A DNA stretch of 64,000 nucleotides. Source: an uncultured delta proteobacterium. GTDB taxonomy: Bacteria > Desulfobacterota > Binatia > UBA9968. The stretch spans positions 448,001-512,000 of the forward strand of contig CAWFJP010000030.1 of assembly GCA_963816145.1 (NCBI GenBank). Direction: 5' to 3'. Made by a program: the position numbers and the translations under genes. Shown here in pieces: positions 1 through 11,425 of this stretch (position 1 is its first letter; each line of letters starts with the position of its first letter). The notes beneath the pieces are model-generated. The model saw only the letters and a program-made list of their open reading frames with translations, ran no database searches and was not told the origin of the DNA.

Positions 1-66
1 CTGAACGGTGGCAGCTAACTATTGGCCGATACTTTTTCGACGTTCAGACCTAAGATGTCGGTTTAA

Positions 67-1188
67 ATGAATACCGCGATTCGAAAGCTCGTTAACACTT
101 ACAATCCACAAACCGTCCTATGGAAAGCCTCCACACCTCCCTCATCTTGGTATACCGACCCAAGATTTTTTGAGGTAGAACACCGAACGATTTTTCACCG
201 CTCGTGGCAGCTCGCCGGCCGCTCCGAACAAGTGCGCGATCCTGGACAATACATCACTTGGGAAATCGCCGGCGAGCCGATCCTGGTCGTCCGAGGAAGC
301 GACCGCGTTCTACGAGGCTTCTTCAACGTTTGCCGCCACCATGCAGCTGCTGTCATGACAAAACGCGATGGCAAAGCCGAAAATCTTCGCTGCCCCTATC
401 ACGGTTGGACATACGATCTCGAAGGCAAACTCATCCTAAGTCCGGACTTTGCCGGCGTCCAAGAATTCGACCGGAGCACCAACGGCCTCGTGCCAATTCA
501 GGTTACTGAATTTCAGGGCTGGGTATTCGTTAAACTCGACAGCGACGGCACGGCACTAGATGAATATGTCGGCGCCGATCTCATCGAACGTTTAGAACCC
601 TTAAACCTTGAACGATTGAACTGGTTCGAGCGCCGATCCTATTGCCTGAACTGCAACTGGAAAGTCTTCGTCGATAATTATCTCGACGGCGGCTACCACG
701 TGCCGCATATACACAGCGACCTAAGTAGTGTTCTGGATAACAGTAAATACCGGATCGAAATCGGCGAACGTTATTGCCTACAATCGAGTCCCATCGCGTC
801 CGAAAAAGGCGAAGCGCAGACAGCCGCCGTGCGCAAAGGTGAGCGCGCTCACTATTTTTGGATCTATCCCAATTTCATGATCAATATTTACGACGAAGTG
901 ATGGACACCAATCTGGTCATCCCGCACGGCGTCGACAAAACTGAAGTGATCTTCGACTACTATTTCGCTGATGTCTCCGCATCGGCACGAGAACAAAATC
1001 TTGCCAGCATCGCTGTCAGCGAACAGATTCAGTCCGAAGACGTCGCGACCTGTGAATCGGTGCAGCGAGGTTTGAATTCCCGCGCGTACGATACCGGCCG
1101 CCTATCGGTTCGGCGCGAAGCCGGCGAGTATTTGTTCCATCGTCTGCTGCATGCCGATTTGAAGTCCGGGATCTCCAAGCAGCCGTGA
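67..1188 (+). CDS. Rieske non-heme iron oxygenase alpha subunit (choline monooxygenase-like)
   Basis: Rieske motifs CRHH...CPYHGW; mononuclear Fe motif NWKVFVDNYLDGGYHVPHIH. Confidence 0.9.
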   Translation: MNTAIRKLVNTYNPQTVLWKASTPPSSWYTDPRFFEVEHRTIFHRSWQLAGRSEQVRDPGQYITWEIAGEPILVVRGSDRVLRGFFNVCRHHAAAVMTKRDGKAENLRCPYHGWTYDLEGKLILSPDFAGVQEFDRSTNGLVPIQVTEFQGWVFVKLDSDGTALDEYVGADLIERLEPLNLERLNWFERRSYCLNCNWKVFVDNYLDGGYHVPHIHSDLSSVLDNSKYRIEIGERYCLQSSPIASEKGEAQTAAVRKGERAHYFWIYPNFMINIYDEVMDTNLVIPHGVDKTEVIFDYYFADVSASAREQNLASIAVSEQIQSEDVATCESVQRGLNSRAYDTGRLSVRREAGEYLFHRLLHADLKSGISKQP

Positions 1189-1234
1189 GTTTTGCTAAGC
1201 CGCAAATTTCGTCGTAATATTCCGATCAAATCCA

Positions 1235-2191
1235 ATGCCACCGAAAATTTATATTGACGGCCAAGCCGGCACCACCGCGCTGCGCATTCGCGAGTGGCTC
1301 GCGGGGCGAAATGACCTCGAAGTCGTGACGCTTCCGGAAGAGCTGCGCAAAGAGCCGGCGGCACGGAAAAAGGCGCTGCAAGATGCCAGCATCGTGCTGC
1401 TCTGCCTTCCCGACGACGCGGCCAAGGAAGCGGCAGCGTGGCTTGCCGACTCGCCGGTGCGGATTCTCGACGCCAGCACGGCGCATCGGGTGGCCGATGA
1501 CTGGGTTTACGGCTTGCCCGAACTCGTCGCTGGCCAGCGCGAGCTGATCACCAAAGCGAAGCGGGTGGCCAATCCCGGCTGCTACTCATCCGCGGTCATC
1601 CTACTGACCCGGCCGCTCGTCAACGCCGGTTTGATTGCACCCGACATGCCGCTGGCGATTCACGCGCTGTCGGGCTATTCCGGCGGCGGCCGGGCATTGA
1701 TCGAACGCTGGGAAGATCCAAAAAAGAAGTTAATCCATTTGCCTCATGAAGCGCCCTACAGCATCGGCAAGCTGCACAAGCATATCCCGGAGATTATGCG
1801 CCACGGTGCCATCAGCGCCGAGCCGCAGTTTCTCCCCAACGTCGGCCCGTTTCGCTGCGGCATGCGGGTCGAGATCATGATTCCTGCAAAGGCTCTGCCG
1901 AAAGCCGGCGTCGGCGAAGCGATGTGGGAAGCGTTATCGGCACGTTACGACAAGGAATTATTTATCGATGTCGAACCGCTCACCGATGCCAGCGAGGCAG
2001 ACGAGATGAGCTTCGATCCGCAGGAGTTCAACTATACCAATCGAATTTCCTTGCGCGTCCTGCCGCACCAGTCGGGCCATGTCATTTTAATGGCGCGCCT
2101 CGACAATCTCGGCAAAGGCGCCGCCGGAGTGGCGATTCAGAATTTGAATCTCATGCTCGGCGTCAACGAAGAGACCTGCTTGCCGTCCTAG
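1235..2191 (+). CDS. argC: N-acetyl-gamma-glutamyl-phosphate reductase (type 2)
   Basis: IYIDGQAGTT N-terminus, DASTAHR, ANPGCY, DNLGKGA. Confidence 0.95.
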   Translation: MPPKIYIDGQAGTTALRIREWLAGRNDLEVVTLPEELRKEPAARKKALQDASIVLLCLPDDAAKEAAAWLADSPVRILDASTAHRVADDWVYGLPELVAGQRELITKAKRVANPGCYSSAVILLTRPLVNAGLIAPDMPLAIHALSGYSGGGRALIERWEDPKKKLIHLPHEAPYSIGKLHKHIPEIMRHGAISAEPQFLPNVGPFRCGMRVEIMIPAKALPKAGVGEAMWEALSARYDKELFIDVEPLTDASEADEMSFDPQEFNYTNRISLRVLPHQSGHVILMARLDNLGKGAAGVAIQNLNLMLGVNEETCLPS

Positions 2192-3423
2192 GTCAGCGTC
2201 TCACTTGCCAGCGCGACTTCCGTCGGCGCTTCGCGCCGACGTTCGACGAACGGCAACATCCAGTGGCTCAACACTCCTAACGTCAGCGAACCGATGCCGC
2301 ACAGTAGATAGAGCATGTCGGTGCCGCTGCGATCGACCAGCCAGCCGGCGGTTAAGTTGGACAAGATGCCGGCAAGGCCGCTGCCGACCATCGACAGAAT
2401 GCCCTGCGCCGTCGAGCGCAACTTCTCCGGCGCGACGACGTCGAGATAAAGCGGGCTGCCCAAATTCAAACCGACCACCATCACTCCATGCAACGCTTGC
2501 ACGGCAAATAGCATGATCGGATCGGTAATCAGCGCCGATAGGATCCAACGCAAACCGCCGACGGTGACCCCGACGGTGAGCATGCCGCGGGCGCCCAGCC
2601 GCTTCAAACCACTCCCTGTCGACAGCACCAGCGGGATCTCGACGATCAACATGAGAATCCACATATTGCGAATCGTGCCCAAATCACCGCCGCGGGCGCG
2701 AATAAAAATCGGAAACAGCCACATCGGCCCATGCATGAGAAAGTGAGCAAGCAGCGAAAAACAGAGAAACCGCACAAACGCGCGATTATGCAGCAGCTCG
2801 CGCCAATCGCCGCGCGCCGCGCGCAGACCGACGGCGCCTTTCTGGGGCAACGAAAAGGCGATGAATGCCGCGATAAAAACCAAAGACGCCGTCAGCGGAA
2901 ACATCAAGCCCAACGCCGGTTGAGAAACATTGGCGCCGGCGGCAGTCCCGTCTGCGTGCGGCAGCGAAGCCAGCGCCCAGGGCAACACAAGCACAAGGAT
3001 AAAATAACCGCCCGAGCCCCAAGCTCGCACCCGGCCGAAGGCGTGGCGCCCGGCGTCGCGCAAAATCGCCAGACTCACCGACATCATCAATGGAAACACC
3101 GCCGTGCCGACGACGGCGAGCGCGGATGTCGCGATCACGATCGACCAGAAACCGTGCGCGTAACCAAGCCCGAGGTAGCCCAGCGCCGTGCCCAAGGTGA
3201 GAAACGCCAGCACGCGCGTGCGCGCGCCGGTGCGGTCCGCGACTTGCCCCCAGAACGGTTGAGAGATCATGCCGATCAAAGGCGAGATCGCCAAGACAAA
3301 TCCGACTTGGGTCCCCGTCAACCCGGCGTTCTCACGCAGATAGAGTGTAAAGTAGGGATAAAAGATCCCGAGCGAGCCAAAATAGGTGAACCAAAACAGC
3401 GTCAACGGGATCGAATGCCACAT
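2188..3423 (-). CDS. MFS transporter (MFS_1-like)
   Basis: About 12 hydrophobic segments and motif A WGQVADRTG; start placed at MWHSIP because the upstream ORF extension is repeat-derived. Confidence 0.85.
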   Translation of the reverse strand: MWHSIPLTLFWFTYFGSLGIFYPYFTLYLRENAGLTGTQVGFVLAISPLIGMISQPFWGQVADRTGARTRVLAFLTLGTALGYLGLGYAHGFWSIVIATSALAVVGTAVFPLMMSVSLAILRDAGRHAFGRVRAWGSGGYFILVLVLPWALASLPHADGTAAGANVSQPALGLMFPLTASLVFIAAFIAFSLPQKGAVGLRAARGDWRELLHNRAFVRFLCFSLLAHFLMHGPMWLFPIFIRARGGDLGTIRNMWILMLIVEIPLVLSTGSGLKRLGARGMLTVGVTVGGLRWILSALITDPIMLFAVQALHGVMVVGLNLGSPLYLDVVAPEKLRSTAQGILSMVGSGLAGILSNLTAGWLVDRSGTDMLYLLCGIGSLTLGVLSHWMLPFVERRREAPTEVALASETLT

Positions 3424-3462
3424 CGGCCGATGATAGCATTCATCGTCGCCGTCTACGACGGC

Positions 3463-3544
3463 GGTTCCAAGTGTTCCAGATGTTCCAATCGTCGGATTCC
3501 GAATTACACTTGGAACCTTTGGAACCCATGGAACTATTGGAACG
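3463..3544. repeat. Inverted array of 9-mer tandem repeats (GTTCCAnnn x3 / TGGAACnnn x4), family A
   Basis: Read directly; the family recurs at about 37.6, 45.2, 54.4, 58.8, 61.2 and 64.0 kb. Confidence 0.85.
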
Positions 3545-3690
3545 AGAGGAAAGTTAGCCCACATGACGGGCACCGCTGGCCAATCGCGAGCCGCCCTCCT
3601 CATCTCAACCGCAAGCTTTTTTCTTTGGAAACATTCAATAACTTGCAACGGAAACTAAGGGATAGCATAGTGCCTCGAATAGGCATCAAC

Positions 3691-5061
3691 ATGGGCTCGA
3701 CGATCTCAACCACCGACGTAAAAATGCGCGTGCTCGTCATCGATGACGAGAAGAACATTCGCACCACTCTTGCCTTTTGCCTCGAACAAGCTGGCTGTCT
3801 GGTAACTGCGGTAGCCTCTCCCGAGGGCGCCTGGGACGCGCTTAGCCAACATGCTTACGAATTGGCGTTCCTCGATGTCCGGCTCGGTCAATCGAGCGGC
3901 CTTGATCTCATTCCGAAACTCATCGCTGACTGTCCAAACCTGATGGTGGTTATGGTGACGGCCTACGCAACCATCGACAGCGCGGTGGAAGCCATCAAGC
4001 GGGGGGCCGCCGATTATCTCGCCAAGCCATTTACCCCGGCGCAGATTCGCCTCATCGTCGATCAGTGCGTCAAACAACGGGATTTTAAAAGGCAACTGAC
4101 CGACCTGGAGGGCCGCCTGCGCGAGGCCGCGCCGGAGACCGATCTGGAATCCGACTCGCCCAAAGTCCGCGCGGTTTTTGAAATCGCCGCGAAAGTAGCC
4201 GCGTCCGATGCGCCGGTATTGCTTCGCGGTGAAAGCGGCACAGGCAAAAGCGTGCTCGCCCGCTGGATTCACTCGCTGAGCCATCGCAGTCGCCAACCCT
4301 TTGTCGTTGTCAATTGCCCGACACTCTCCGAAGAGTTGCTAACCAGCGAACTGTTCGGCCACACCAAAGGAGCCTTCACCGGCGCCGTGCGTGATCAGCC
4401 GGGTCGTGTCGAGGCCGCCGAGGGTGGCACTCTGTTTCTCGATGAGATTGGCGATATCTCGCCGGCCCTGCAAGCAAAACTATTGCGTTTCATCGAGGAA
4501 AAGGAATTCGAACGGCTCGGCGAAAACAAAACCAGGCACGCCGACGTTCGAACAGTTGCCGCCACCAACCGCGATCTTGAAGAACAGATGCGCAAGGGAT
4601 TGTTTCGCGAGGATCTGCTGTACCGTCTAAACGTCGTCGAATTGGAATTGCCGCCGCTTCGGCAACGGCCCGAGGATATCCTGCGCCTGGCGCGGCGCTT
4701 TCTCGTGTTCTTCGCAAGATCGGTCCGGCGACAGACGCCCGAGCTCTCAAAAGCCGCGGAAGCGGCGCTTACCGCCTATGACTGGCCCGGCAATATCCGC
4801 GAGCTCAGAAACACCGTCGAGCGGGCAGTGATCCTTTGGCCTGCCCAGGTGATCGAACCGGAAGCCTTTCCCGCGCATATTTCCGCGCGGGTTAAGCCCA
4901 CCGATGCGCCGCAAGTAGGTGGAAACTTCTCCTTGGAGGACATCGAGCGGGAACATATCACTCGCGTAATCGCCCGCTCGCCGACCTTGGAGGACGCCGC
5001 GGCCATCCTCGGCATCGATGGTTCGACGCTTTGGCGCAAACGCAAGAAATACGAGAGTTGA
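3691..5061 (+). CDS. Sigma-54-dependent response regulator (REC-AAA-HTH), AlgB/NtrC-like
   Basis: REC domain VLVIDDE...FLD, Walker A GESGTGKS, GAFTGA, FLDEIGD, C-terminal HTH LGIDGSTLWRKRK; start 3691 or 3724. Confidence 0.93.
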   Translation: MGSTISTTDVKMRVLVIDDEKNIRTTLAFCLEQAGCLVTAVASPEGAWDALSQHAYELAFLDVRLGQSSGLDLIPKLIADCPNLMVVMVTAYATIDSAVEAIKRGAADYLAKPFTPAQIRLIVDQCVKQRDFKRQLTDLEGRLREAAPETDLESDSPKVRAVFEIAAKVAASDAPVLLRGESGTGKSVLARWIHSLSHRSRQPFVVVNCPTLSEELLTSELFGHTKGAFTGAVRDQPGRVEAAEGGTLFLDEIGDISPALQAKLLRFIEEKEFERLGENKTRHADVRTVAATNRDLEEQMRKGLFREDLLYRLNVVELELPPLRQRPEDILRLARRFLVFFARSVRRQTPELSKAAEAALTAYDWPGNIRELRNTVERAVILWPAQVIEPEAFPAHISARVKPTDAPQVGGNFSLEDIEREHITRVIARSPTLEDAAAILGIDGSTLWRKRKKYES

Positions 5062-5068
5062 AACCGAA

Positions 5069-5710
5069 TCAATGCAGCTTGCCGAGCCGCTTCAAGGCGG
5101 CGGTCGCAGCTTCATAAGAATGATCTGCGGTGACCGCCATATAATAGTACTGAACGGCGCGCCGTTCGTCCCCTTCACTCTCGCACAGAAAGCCCAACCA
5201 GTAGTAAGGCTCCGGCCGATCCAGTGCCCGTGACATCGCCGCCTTGAGATAAGCACGCGCTTCGATGTTGGCCTTGCGCTCGCGCGCGAGCTCCGCCAAG
5301 TGCATCAGATCGTCGAATGAACCCCCCGATCCCAGCCGCTGGCGAAAAAGAATTTCCTCCGCTAACAGCACAATCACCTTGGGATCGAAGGGCTTTTCCA
5401 AAAATTCCACCGCGCCGAGCTTCATAGCTTGCACGGCGTTGGCTGCCGAACCATAGGCCGTAACAATAACGACCGCCGTCTTGGGACTGAGAGCGCGGAT
5501 ATTTGCGAGCACGTCGAGCCCGGCCATTTTCGGCATATGGAGATCGACGAATGCGATGTCTGGGTGTTTATTTTTGCAAATATCCAAAGCTTCGTCGCCG
5601 TCCTTGGCCACATCGACCAGATAACCTGCCGCCTCCAGGACCATCGCTAAGTTTTTGCGGATATTCCGCTCGTCGTCGGCCACCAGAATTCGCGATTTCG
5701 ATTCCATCAT
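5069..5710 (-). CDS. Response regulator, REC plus TPR-like output (paralog 1)
   Basis: VADDE, phospho-acceptor FVD, EKPF; C-terminal helical repeat PEPYYWLG...AVQYYYMA. Confidence 0.85.
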   Translation of the reverse strand: MMESKSRILVADDERNIRKNLAMVLEAAGYLVDVAKDGDEALDICKNKHPDIAFVDLHMPKMAGLDVLANIRALSPKTAVVIVTAYGSAANAVQAMKLGAVEFLEKPFDPKVIVLLAEEILFRQRLGSGGSFDDLMHLAELARERKANIEARAYLKAAMSRALDRPEPYYWLGFLCESEGDERRAVQYYYMAVTADHSYEAATAALKRLGKLH

Positions 5711-7564
5711 GGCAGGACTCCCTCCGAGGCGGTTTTAACTACTGCGGGCAAGGTAAACCAAAACCGGCTCCCCTTGCCGGGCACGCTTTCCACGCCTATT
5801 TCACCGCCGTGGGCACGGACAATTTCCTTGGCGATATACAGCCCAAGTCCAGTGCCCTTGTCTCCCGATTGGGGGACTCGGTAAAATTTTTCAAAGATTC
5901 TTTCTTGATATTCTTTTGGCACTCCCGTACCGGTATCAGCCACAGTGAAACGCACGGAACCGTCGATGGCTTCCGCGCCTAGCGTGATACTCCCGCCCTT
6001 CGGCGTATGCCGCATCGCATTGCCGATCAGATTGGAAAATACATGGCCGATACGATCGTGATCCGCTAGCACGCTCAACTCCTGTAGCGAAACTTCGGCG
6101 CTTAGGATCACGCCTTTGGCGTCGGCATCGGCTTTGAACTCATCGACGGCGTCCATCATCAGGTCGGATACGCTGGTCGGCAACGGATACAGCTCGACGC
6201 GTCCAGATTCGATCCGAGAGAGATCCAGGAAATCGTCGACCATGCCCTGCAGTCGGTCACAATCCTCACGCGCGGCGTAAAGCAGCTCGGCCTGCTTATC
6301 GGTGAGCGGCCCGGCGACCTGCTCGGTGCAAAGATGAACCGCCATGCGCAGCGACGTCAGCGGTGTGCGAAATTCGTGCGCGACGGTGGCGACTAGATCA
6401 TTTTTGAGCTCCTCGAAGCGGCGCAAGCGCGTGACGTCCTGCAGGATCACCGTGGCGCCGACAACCACACCTCGGGTCTCGTACACGGGCGCCCCTCGCG
6501 GCAGGAAATAACGATCGCCTAAAAGTGTGGAAAGTTGCACCGCATCCTCAAACCCCCTGGGGGAATAAGCTCCTTTGCCGCTGAGCACATGGCTGCGAAT
6601 CCGTTCGATCACCGCGATCGTCGACGCATGGACGCTCTTGAGCGGGTCTTTTGACGAAGAATCGGTTCTAAGTCCGAGCAACGTTTCCGCCGCTTGGTTA
6701 ACATTCTGCAAGCTGCCTTCCACACTGAAAATCGCCACCGGGTCCGGAATGCTATCGATGGCCGCCTGCATGCTCAAGTGGGCTTGCAGCAAATCTCCCA
6801 GCGAGCTTTTGCGATAGTCGGCCAAGCGCCCCGCCATGGCGTTGAAGTCCTGCGCCAGGCGCGCCAGCTCGTCGTGCCCGTGCACGCGGGCGCGCGCGTC
6901 GAAATTGCCTTCGCCGAGTTTGCGCGTTGCTTCGCTTAAGGCCGAGAGCGGCTGCAGCAGGCGACGAGTCAAGAACGTCGAGACCAGGAGTCCCAGCGCC
7001 AATGCCGCCAGCGCCACAGTAATGGTGATCTCATTCATGCGCTCGCCAGTGCGCCGGACGTCGTCGCTCTTGCGCACCATGGTGTCTTGATTGATCGCCA
7101 GGATCTCGTCGGCGGAGGCTTTGACCTTATAGAATGCCGCTTCGAGCTCGGAGAAGTAAAGTTTGCGTAGCTCGTCGGCGCCTGTCGTTGCCTGAAGATG
7201 ATCGAACTTCGCTTGATAATCGGTCCACGCCGCGCGTAGCCCCGCGGTAAACTCCTTTTCCCCAGCTTCGGTGATATTGCCTTCTTGTACTTTGAGCTCG
7301 GCTTCGAAGATGGGTCGGAATTTCGCAGCCTGCTGGACACCTTTTTCGTGCTGCCCTGCAACCAAGAACAGCGCCGCGCTGTCCATCCGCTCAATGGATT
7401 CCTTCATGCGTTGCGCCGCAAGCACGCTGCGGTAATTGTCCTTCAAGATCGTCTGCGAGTGCGATCCTAGATACGAGATTGCCACCACCGAGAAATATAC
7501 CCAGGCTGACCAGCGCCAGCGCGATCGGACTTTGCGCAAGCAAGAGTTTCCTGTAGAGGTTCAT
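5707..7564 (-). pseudogene. KinB-like sensor histidine kinase (TM-sensor-HAMP-PAS-HisKA-HATPase); +1 frameshift near 7494 as assembled
   Basis: H-box AHEFRTPLT, N-box NLIGNA, DTGTG, GTGLGL; the true N-terminus MNLYRKLLLAQSPIALALVSLGIF starts at 7564 in another frame and overlaps the kdpD stop (ATGA). Confidence 0.88.
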
Positions 7565-8721
7565 TCCTTGCTCTCCTGATCTTCCAAGGACACGATGTGA
7601 AGATCGAAGCCGACAGCCGTGGTGACCAGCTTAAACACCGGCGATTGTCCCAACAGACGACGCCACCATGATTTATGCGAACGCCCGACGACGATGTGGC
7701 GAACACCATGATCGCGGGCAAATTCGAGCAGGGCTTCGACCGGCTTTTCCGACCTCAGCCGGACGACTTCTGCGCCCAGGTCTCTGGCTCGTTGTTCGTC
7801 TTCCAACAGATAGCGCTGCAGCGTCGCGTCGATGCGGTGGCCCGATTCGCCTTTAGTTTCCACGTGGACAACGAACCAATCCGTATTTAGTCGCCCCGCC
7901 AAACGCGATCCTTGACGGAGCAGTAGAACACCATGAGGCGGCGGGCGAGTCGGCAAGCAAACCATCACGCGTTCGCTGGCGGCGGCTCTGCGCCCGGCGT
8001 CATCGTCGTCGGCTTTCGCTGAGACCGCGCGGTCGACGCTTTCCGCCACTTCGCGCAGTGCGATTTCCCGCAATACCGTGAGTTTTTCCGGCTGAAAGAA
8101 GTTTTCCAGCGCCCAGCCAACCTTATCCGGCGCATAGATTTTGCCCGCCTTAAGGCGATCGATGAGATCTTCGACCGCTAGGTCGATATCGACCACCTGG
8201 TCGGCTCGCTTCAGCATCGAGTCCGGAACCGTCTCGCGAACGATCACGCCCGTTGCCTGCTTGACCATTTCGTTGAGACTCTCAAGGTGCTGCACGTTGA
8301 AAGCGCAGATCACGTTGATGCCGGCGTCGAGCAGTTCCAACACGTCTTGATAGCGCTTCTTGTTGCGGCAGAAGGGTGCGTTGGTATGAGCTAGCTCATC
8401 GACGATCGCCAGCTGTGGATGGCGTTTGAGAATGGCGTCCAAGTCCATCTCTTCGACAGTCACGCCGCGATACTCGACACGCTGGCGCGGCACCACTTCG
8501 AGTCCCTCGATCAGCGCCGCGGTGTCGAGCCGGTCATGCGGCTCGATAAAGCCCAAGACGACGTCGACCCCGCGCTTTTGCAGGGCATGCGCTTCCTCAA
8601 GCATCTGGTAGGTCTTGCCGACGCCGGCGGCCGAGCCGATATAAACTTTCAGTCGGCCGCGCTTGGCACGCTCGACCAATTCTAAAAAATCTTCCGGTCT
8701 TTTACGCTCGGTCTGAATCAA
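7561..8721 (-). CDS. kdpD: Soluble short KdpD (KdpD N-terminal domain plus Usp; no TM or histidine-kinase domain)
   Basis: GRLKVYIGSAAGVGKTY, VDELAHTN, KRYQDV, NVQHLESLN, VRETVPD, then a Usp domain. Confidence 0.92.
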   Translation of the reverse strand: MIQTERKRPEDFLELVERAKRGRLKVYIGSAAGVGKTYQMLEEAHALQKRGVDVVLGFIEPHDRLDTAALIEGLEVVPRQRVEYRGVTVEEMDLDAILKRHPQLAIVDELAHTNAPFCRNKKRYQDVLELLDAGINVICAFNVQHLESLNEMVKQATGVIVRETVPDSMLKRADQVVDIDLAVEDLIDRLKAGKIYAPDKVGWALENFFQPEKLTVLREIALREVAESVDRAVSAKADDDDAGRRAAASERVMVCLPTRPPPHGVLLLRQGSRLAGRLNTDWFVVHVETKGESGHRIDATLQRYLLEDEQRARDLGAEVVRLRSEKPVEALLEFARDHGVRHIVVGRSHKSWWRRLLGQSPVFKLVTTAVGFDLHIVSLEDQESKE

Positions 8722-8972
8722 CGATTTTTCCCCGCGATGAACAAGGCTAAAAATGGCTCAAGCCAGCAAGCCCACTCGACCGCATGACCCGACCGAGCGC
8801 TTACCGGCAGCATAAAGATATACCGATTCTATTTGCAAACAGTTAAAAGTACCCCGGTAATCTCACCTCCTCGATATCATTGCCCGACCTGATCGAAAGT
8901 CGAACGGGACGGCAAACCTTCATCGATTATAATCTTTTGGCTTCACTTTATGCGTCTTACCTTCAGCGCCCG

Positions 8973-9312
<340 letters not shown>

Positions 9313-9326
9313 ACAAATCCCCCCTT

Positions 9327-9576
9327 TTAGAACTTTTGATTCCTTTCGGACGGACACGACGATCGGATGTTTTTCCGCCAGCGGGCCAAGGCAACGAGAC
9401 ACCAGATCGCCTCTACCACCCCAAAAGGCCAGGCGCCCTGGAGAAATCCATAGGCCGAACCCAGTGCACAAGCCAAGGCGAAGCCAAGGACAAACCAGCG
9501 GCTGTAGACCTTCGAGCGCATAGCAGACCAGCATCGCTGTAACCGCGAACAAACCAAAAAGCGTAAGCCTGTTCAT
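9327..9576 (-). pseudogene. Small membrane protein (paralog of 27847-28071); +1 frameshift near 9505
   Basis: MNRLTLFGLFAVTAMLVCYALE | SRWFVLGFALACALGSAYGFLQGAWPFG aligns with the intact copy. Confidence 0.85.
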
Positions 9577-9683
9577 GATCGAGCAGATAATGTTGAGGTA
9601 GCTGGCCGCCGTCCGTCGCCGCCTCAATGATCGACTTCCCACGGAGAGCTTCGCCAGTCAAACACGTCCTTCAGATGGAGTGT

Positions 9684-10022
9684 CTAGTTTCCTGCGACGA
9701 TACCCCTCCTATCCGCGTCGAATGACCTGAAGAACTGGCGCCACAAAATGTACTCCTCAATCGCTACCCAGATGGTCACAAAAAGGAAACTGCCCCAAAG
9801 AATAAAAGTGAAAAGACGCATCTCTCTCGGGAGCAAGTCTGGCTCGATCGCTTCTATCCAGATGACCACGCCGACGAAGGCCAATAGATGCACCAGCATG
9901 AACCGAGCGGCGTGCATGCGTTCGTAAGCCAACTGGATCTCCAAAACGCGGCGCGATTGTGATTCACCGGAATCCAATCCCTCGTTGATCTTGACTCCTA
10001 TGGTTTCCTTTGGCGACTTCAT
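9684..10022 (-). CDS. Hypothetical 2-TM membrane protein
   Basis: 112 aa ORF co-oriented within the operon, two hydrophobic segments. Confidence 0.55.
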   Translation of the reverse strand: MKSPKETIGVKINEGLDSGESQSRRVLEIQLAYERMHAARFMLVHLLAFVGVVIWIEAIEPDLLPREMRLFTFILWGSFLFVTIWVAIEEYILWRQFFRSFDADRRGIVAGN

Positions 10023-10049
10023 CTAGTGCTCAACCCAAGAACGGCCGGC

Positions 10050-11289
10050 TCAGAACGCGTAAATCAGCTGCATGCCAAGCGTCGTCTGCTGACTATCGGC
10101 GCGGGATTGGCCTTTTTGATAAACTGGGTGGTTGGCCCAGTCCTGACGCAGTTCGACGCGGCCGATCAGCATCTTGGTGAACTTATAGCTGCCGGTCAGA
10201 GTCATTTCGCCGAGTGTGGCATTATTTTGCGGGGTGGTCGCCGCAAGACCAAAGGTCCGCGCTGCTTGATTATCGAAGAAAACCTCGCCGCGCAGCGCCG
10301 TGGTGAAACGATCGGTCCAGCCCCAGGATGCGATGGCCGATAGCGCGTGCCAGTAAGCATTCTGGTTACCAGTGGGAGTCGAGGCATTCGCTTCGCCACC
10401 GAAGGTATACTCGAGCAAGATCGTCAATGGATCCATCGGTTTGATCGTCGCAACGCTGCTCCAGGTCACTCTTTGGCTTCCGGTGTTATGGAATTGCTCA
10501 GGCCCAAATATGATATTGCTCGCCAAGGCGAAGGCGTCGCTGGGCGTATAGTTCATCACCGACGAGACCGGACGGTGCGCTGTTATTGTCGTGCGGATCA
10601 TCCCAACCGGTCACCACGCCGACACTTGCGGTAAACGTTTTGGCGAATGGATAGCTAAACAACGTGCCGAGATGACGCAGCGGCACGCCATAATTAAAAG
10701 CGAAGGAACGAGAAATATTGTCGTTATATGCGCCCGGGGAGTTTAGAATCTCCGTGCCCAATGGCGTAACGAACAAACCACCTTTGAAAGAGATCCCCTC
10801 ACCCACGGGTATCGTGGTTGAAAGATAGGCCTCACGGAGCTCCGCCGAAGGTCCGCAGCAGAACCTTGGACCGGTCGGGTTCCACTGGGTCGCCTCGTGC
10901 AGCAACTCGCCATATCGACCAAAATCACCGGAAACCCTGAAACCAACGCCCCAATCCTTTTCCGGCTTTTCTATCGCGACATGAAAATTATTAACGTAAA
11001 ACTGATTATTGTCTTTATAAAAGTAGCGGCCGGAGATATTCGATCCAAAACCCGGATGATTGGAGCTCCAAATATAAGTCGATTCAACAAATCCGCTAAT
11101 GCCGATGCCTAGCGTCTTTTCCAACGATCCCTTGCCGTCTGCAATCCCCTTGTCGAGCAAACCGACACTGCCGTCCAGACTCAGCCAGCCCGGACCTAGC
11201 GGCTTTTCTTCCTGAGCGCTAGAAATCCCCAGTGTCAAAAGTAACAAACTTAGTAACGTCCCCGCTAACATAAATAATAGTCTTTTCAT
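10050..11289 (-). pseudogene. Outer-membrane beta-barrel porin (DUF1597/BBP2-like); +1 frameshift near 10558
   Basis: Signal peptide, ISGFVESTY, ELREAY, GLFVTPLGTE, NDNISRSFAF, C-terminal barrel signature LIYAF; two adjacent ORF halves. Confidence 0.8.
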
Positions 11290-11425
11290 CTCCCAAGCCT
11301 CCGCGTATCTATGACAAACTTTTGTTTATTGAACTGCACCCTAGGTGAGATGCGTATATTCCTAAGCTCCATGAGCTGGAATCGGCTAGCCACGAAAATT
11401 GCAATCAGGTGCCGGCGCGCGTTCC

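Noticed and set aside
3463-3544. Short tandem arrays as a possible CRISPR
   Set aside because: Units are 7-9 nt with no unique spacers, and no cas genes are present
2731-3690. 320-aa N-terminal extension of the sigma-54 regulator (776-aa ORF)
   Set aside because: It is the antisense shadow of the MFS gene plus repeat sequence; the REC domain begins near 3724
8722-8970. Sigma-54 promoter upstream of kdpD
   Set aside because: The best candidate has 11-nt rather than 10-nt GG-GC spacing
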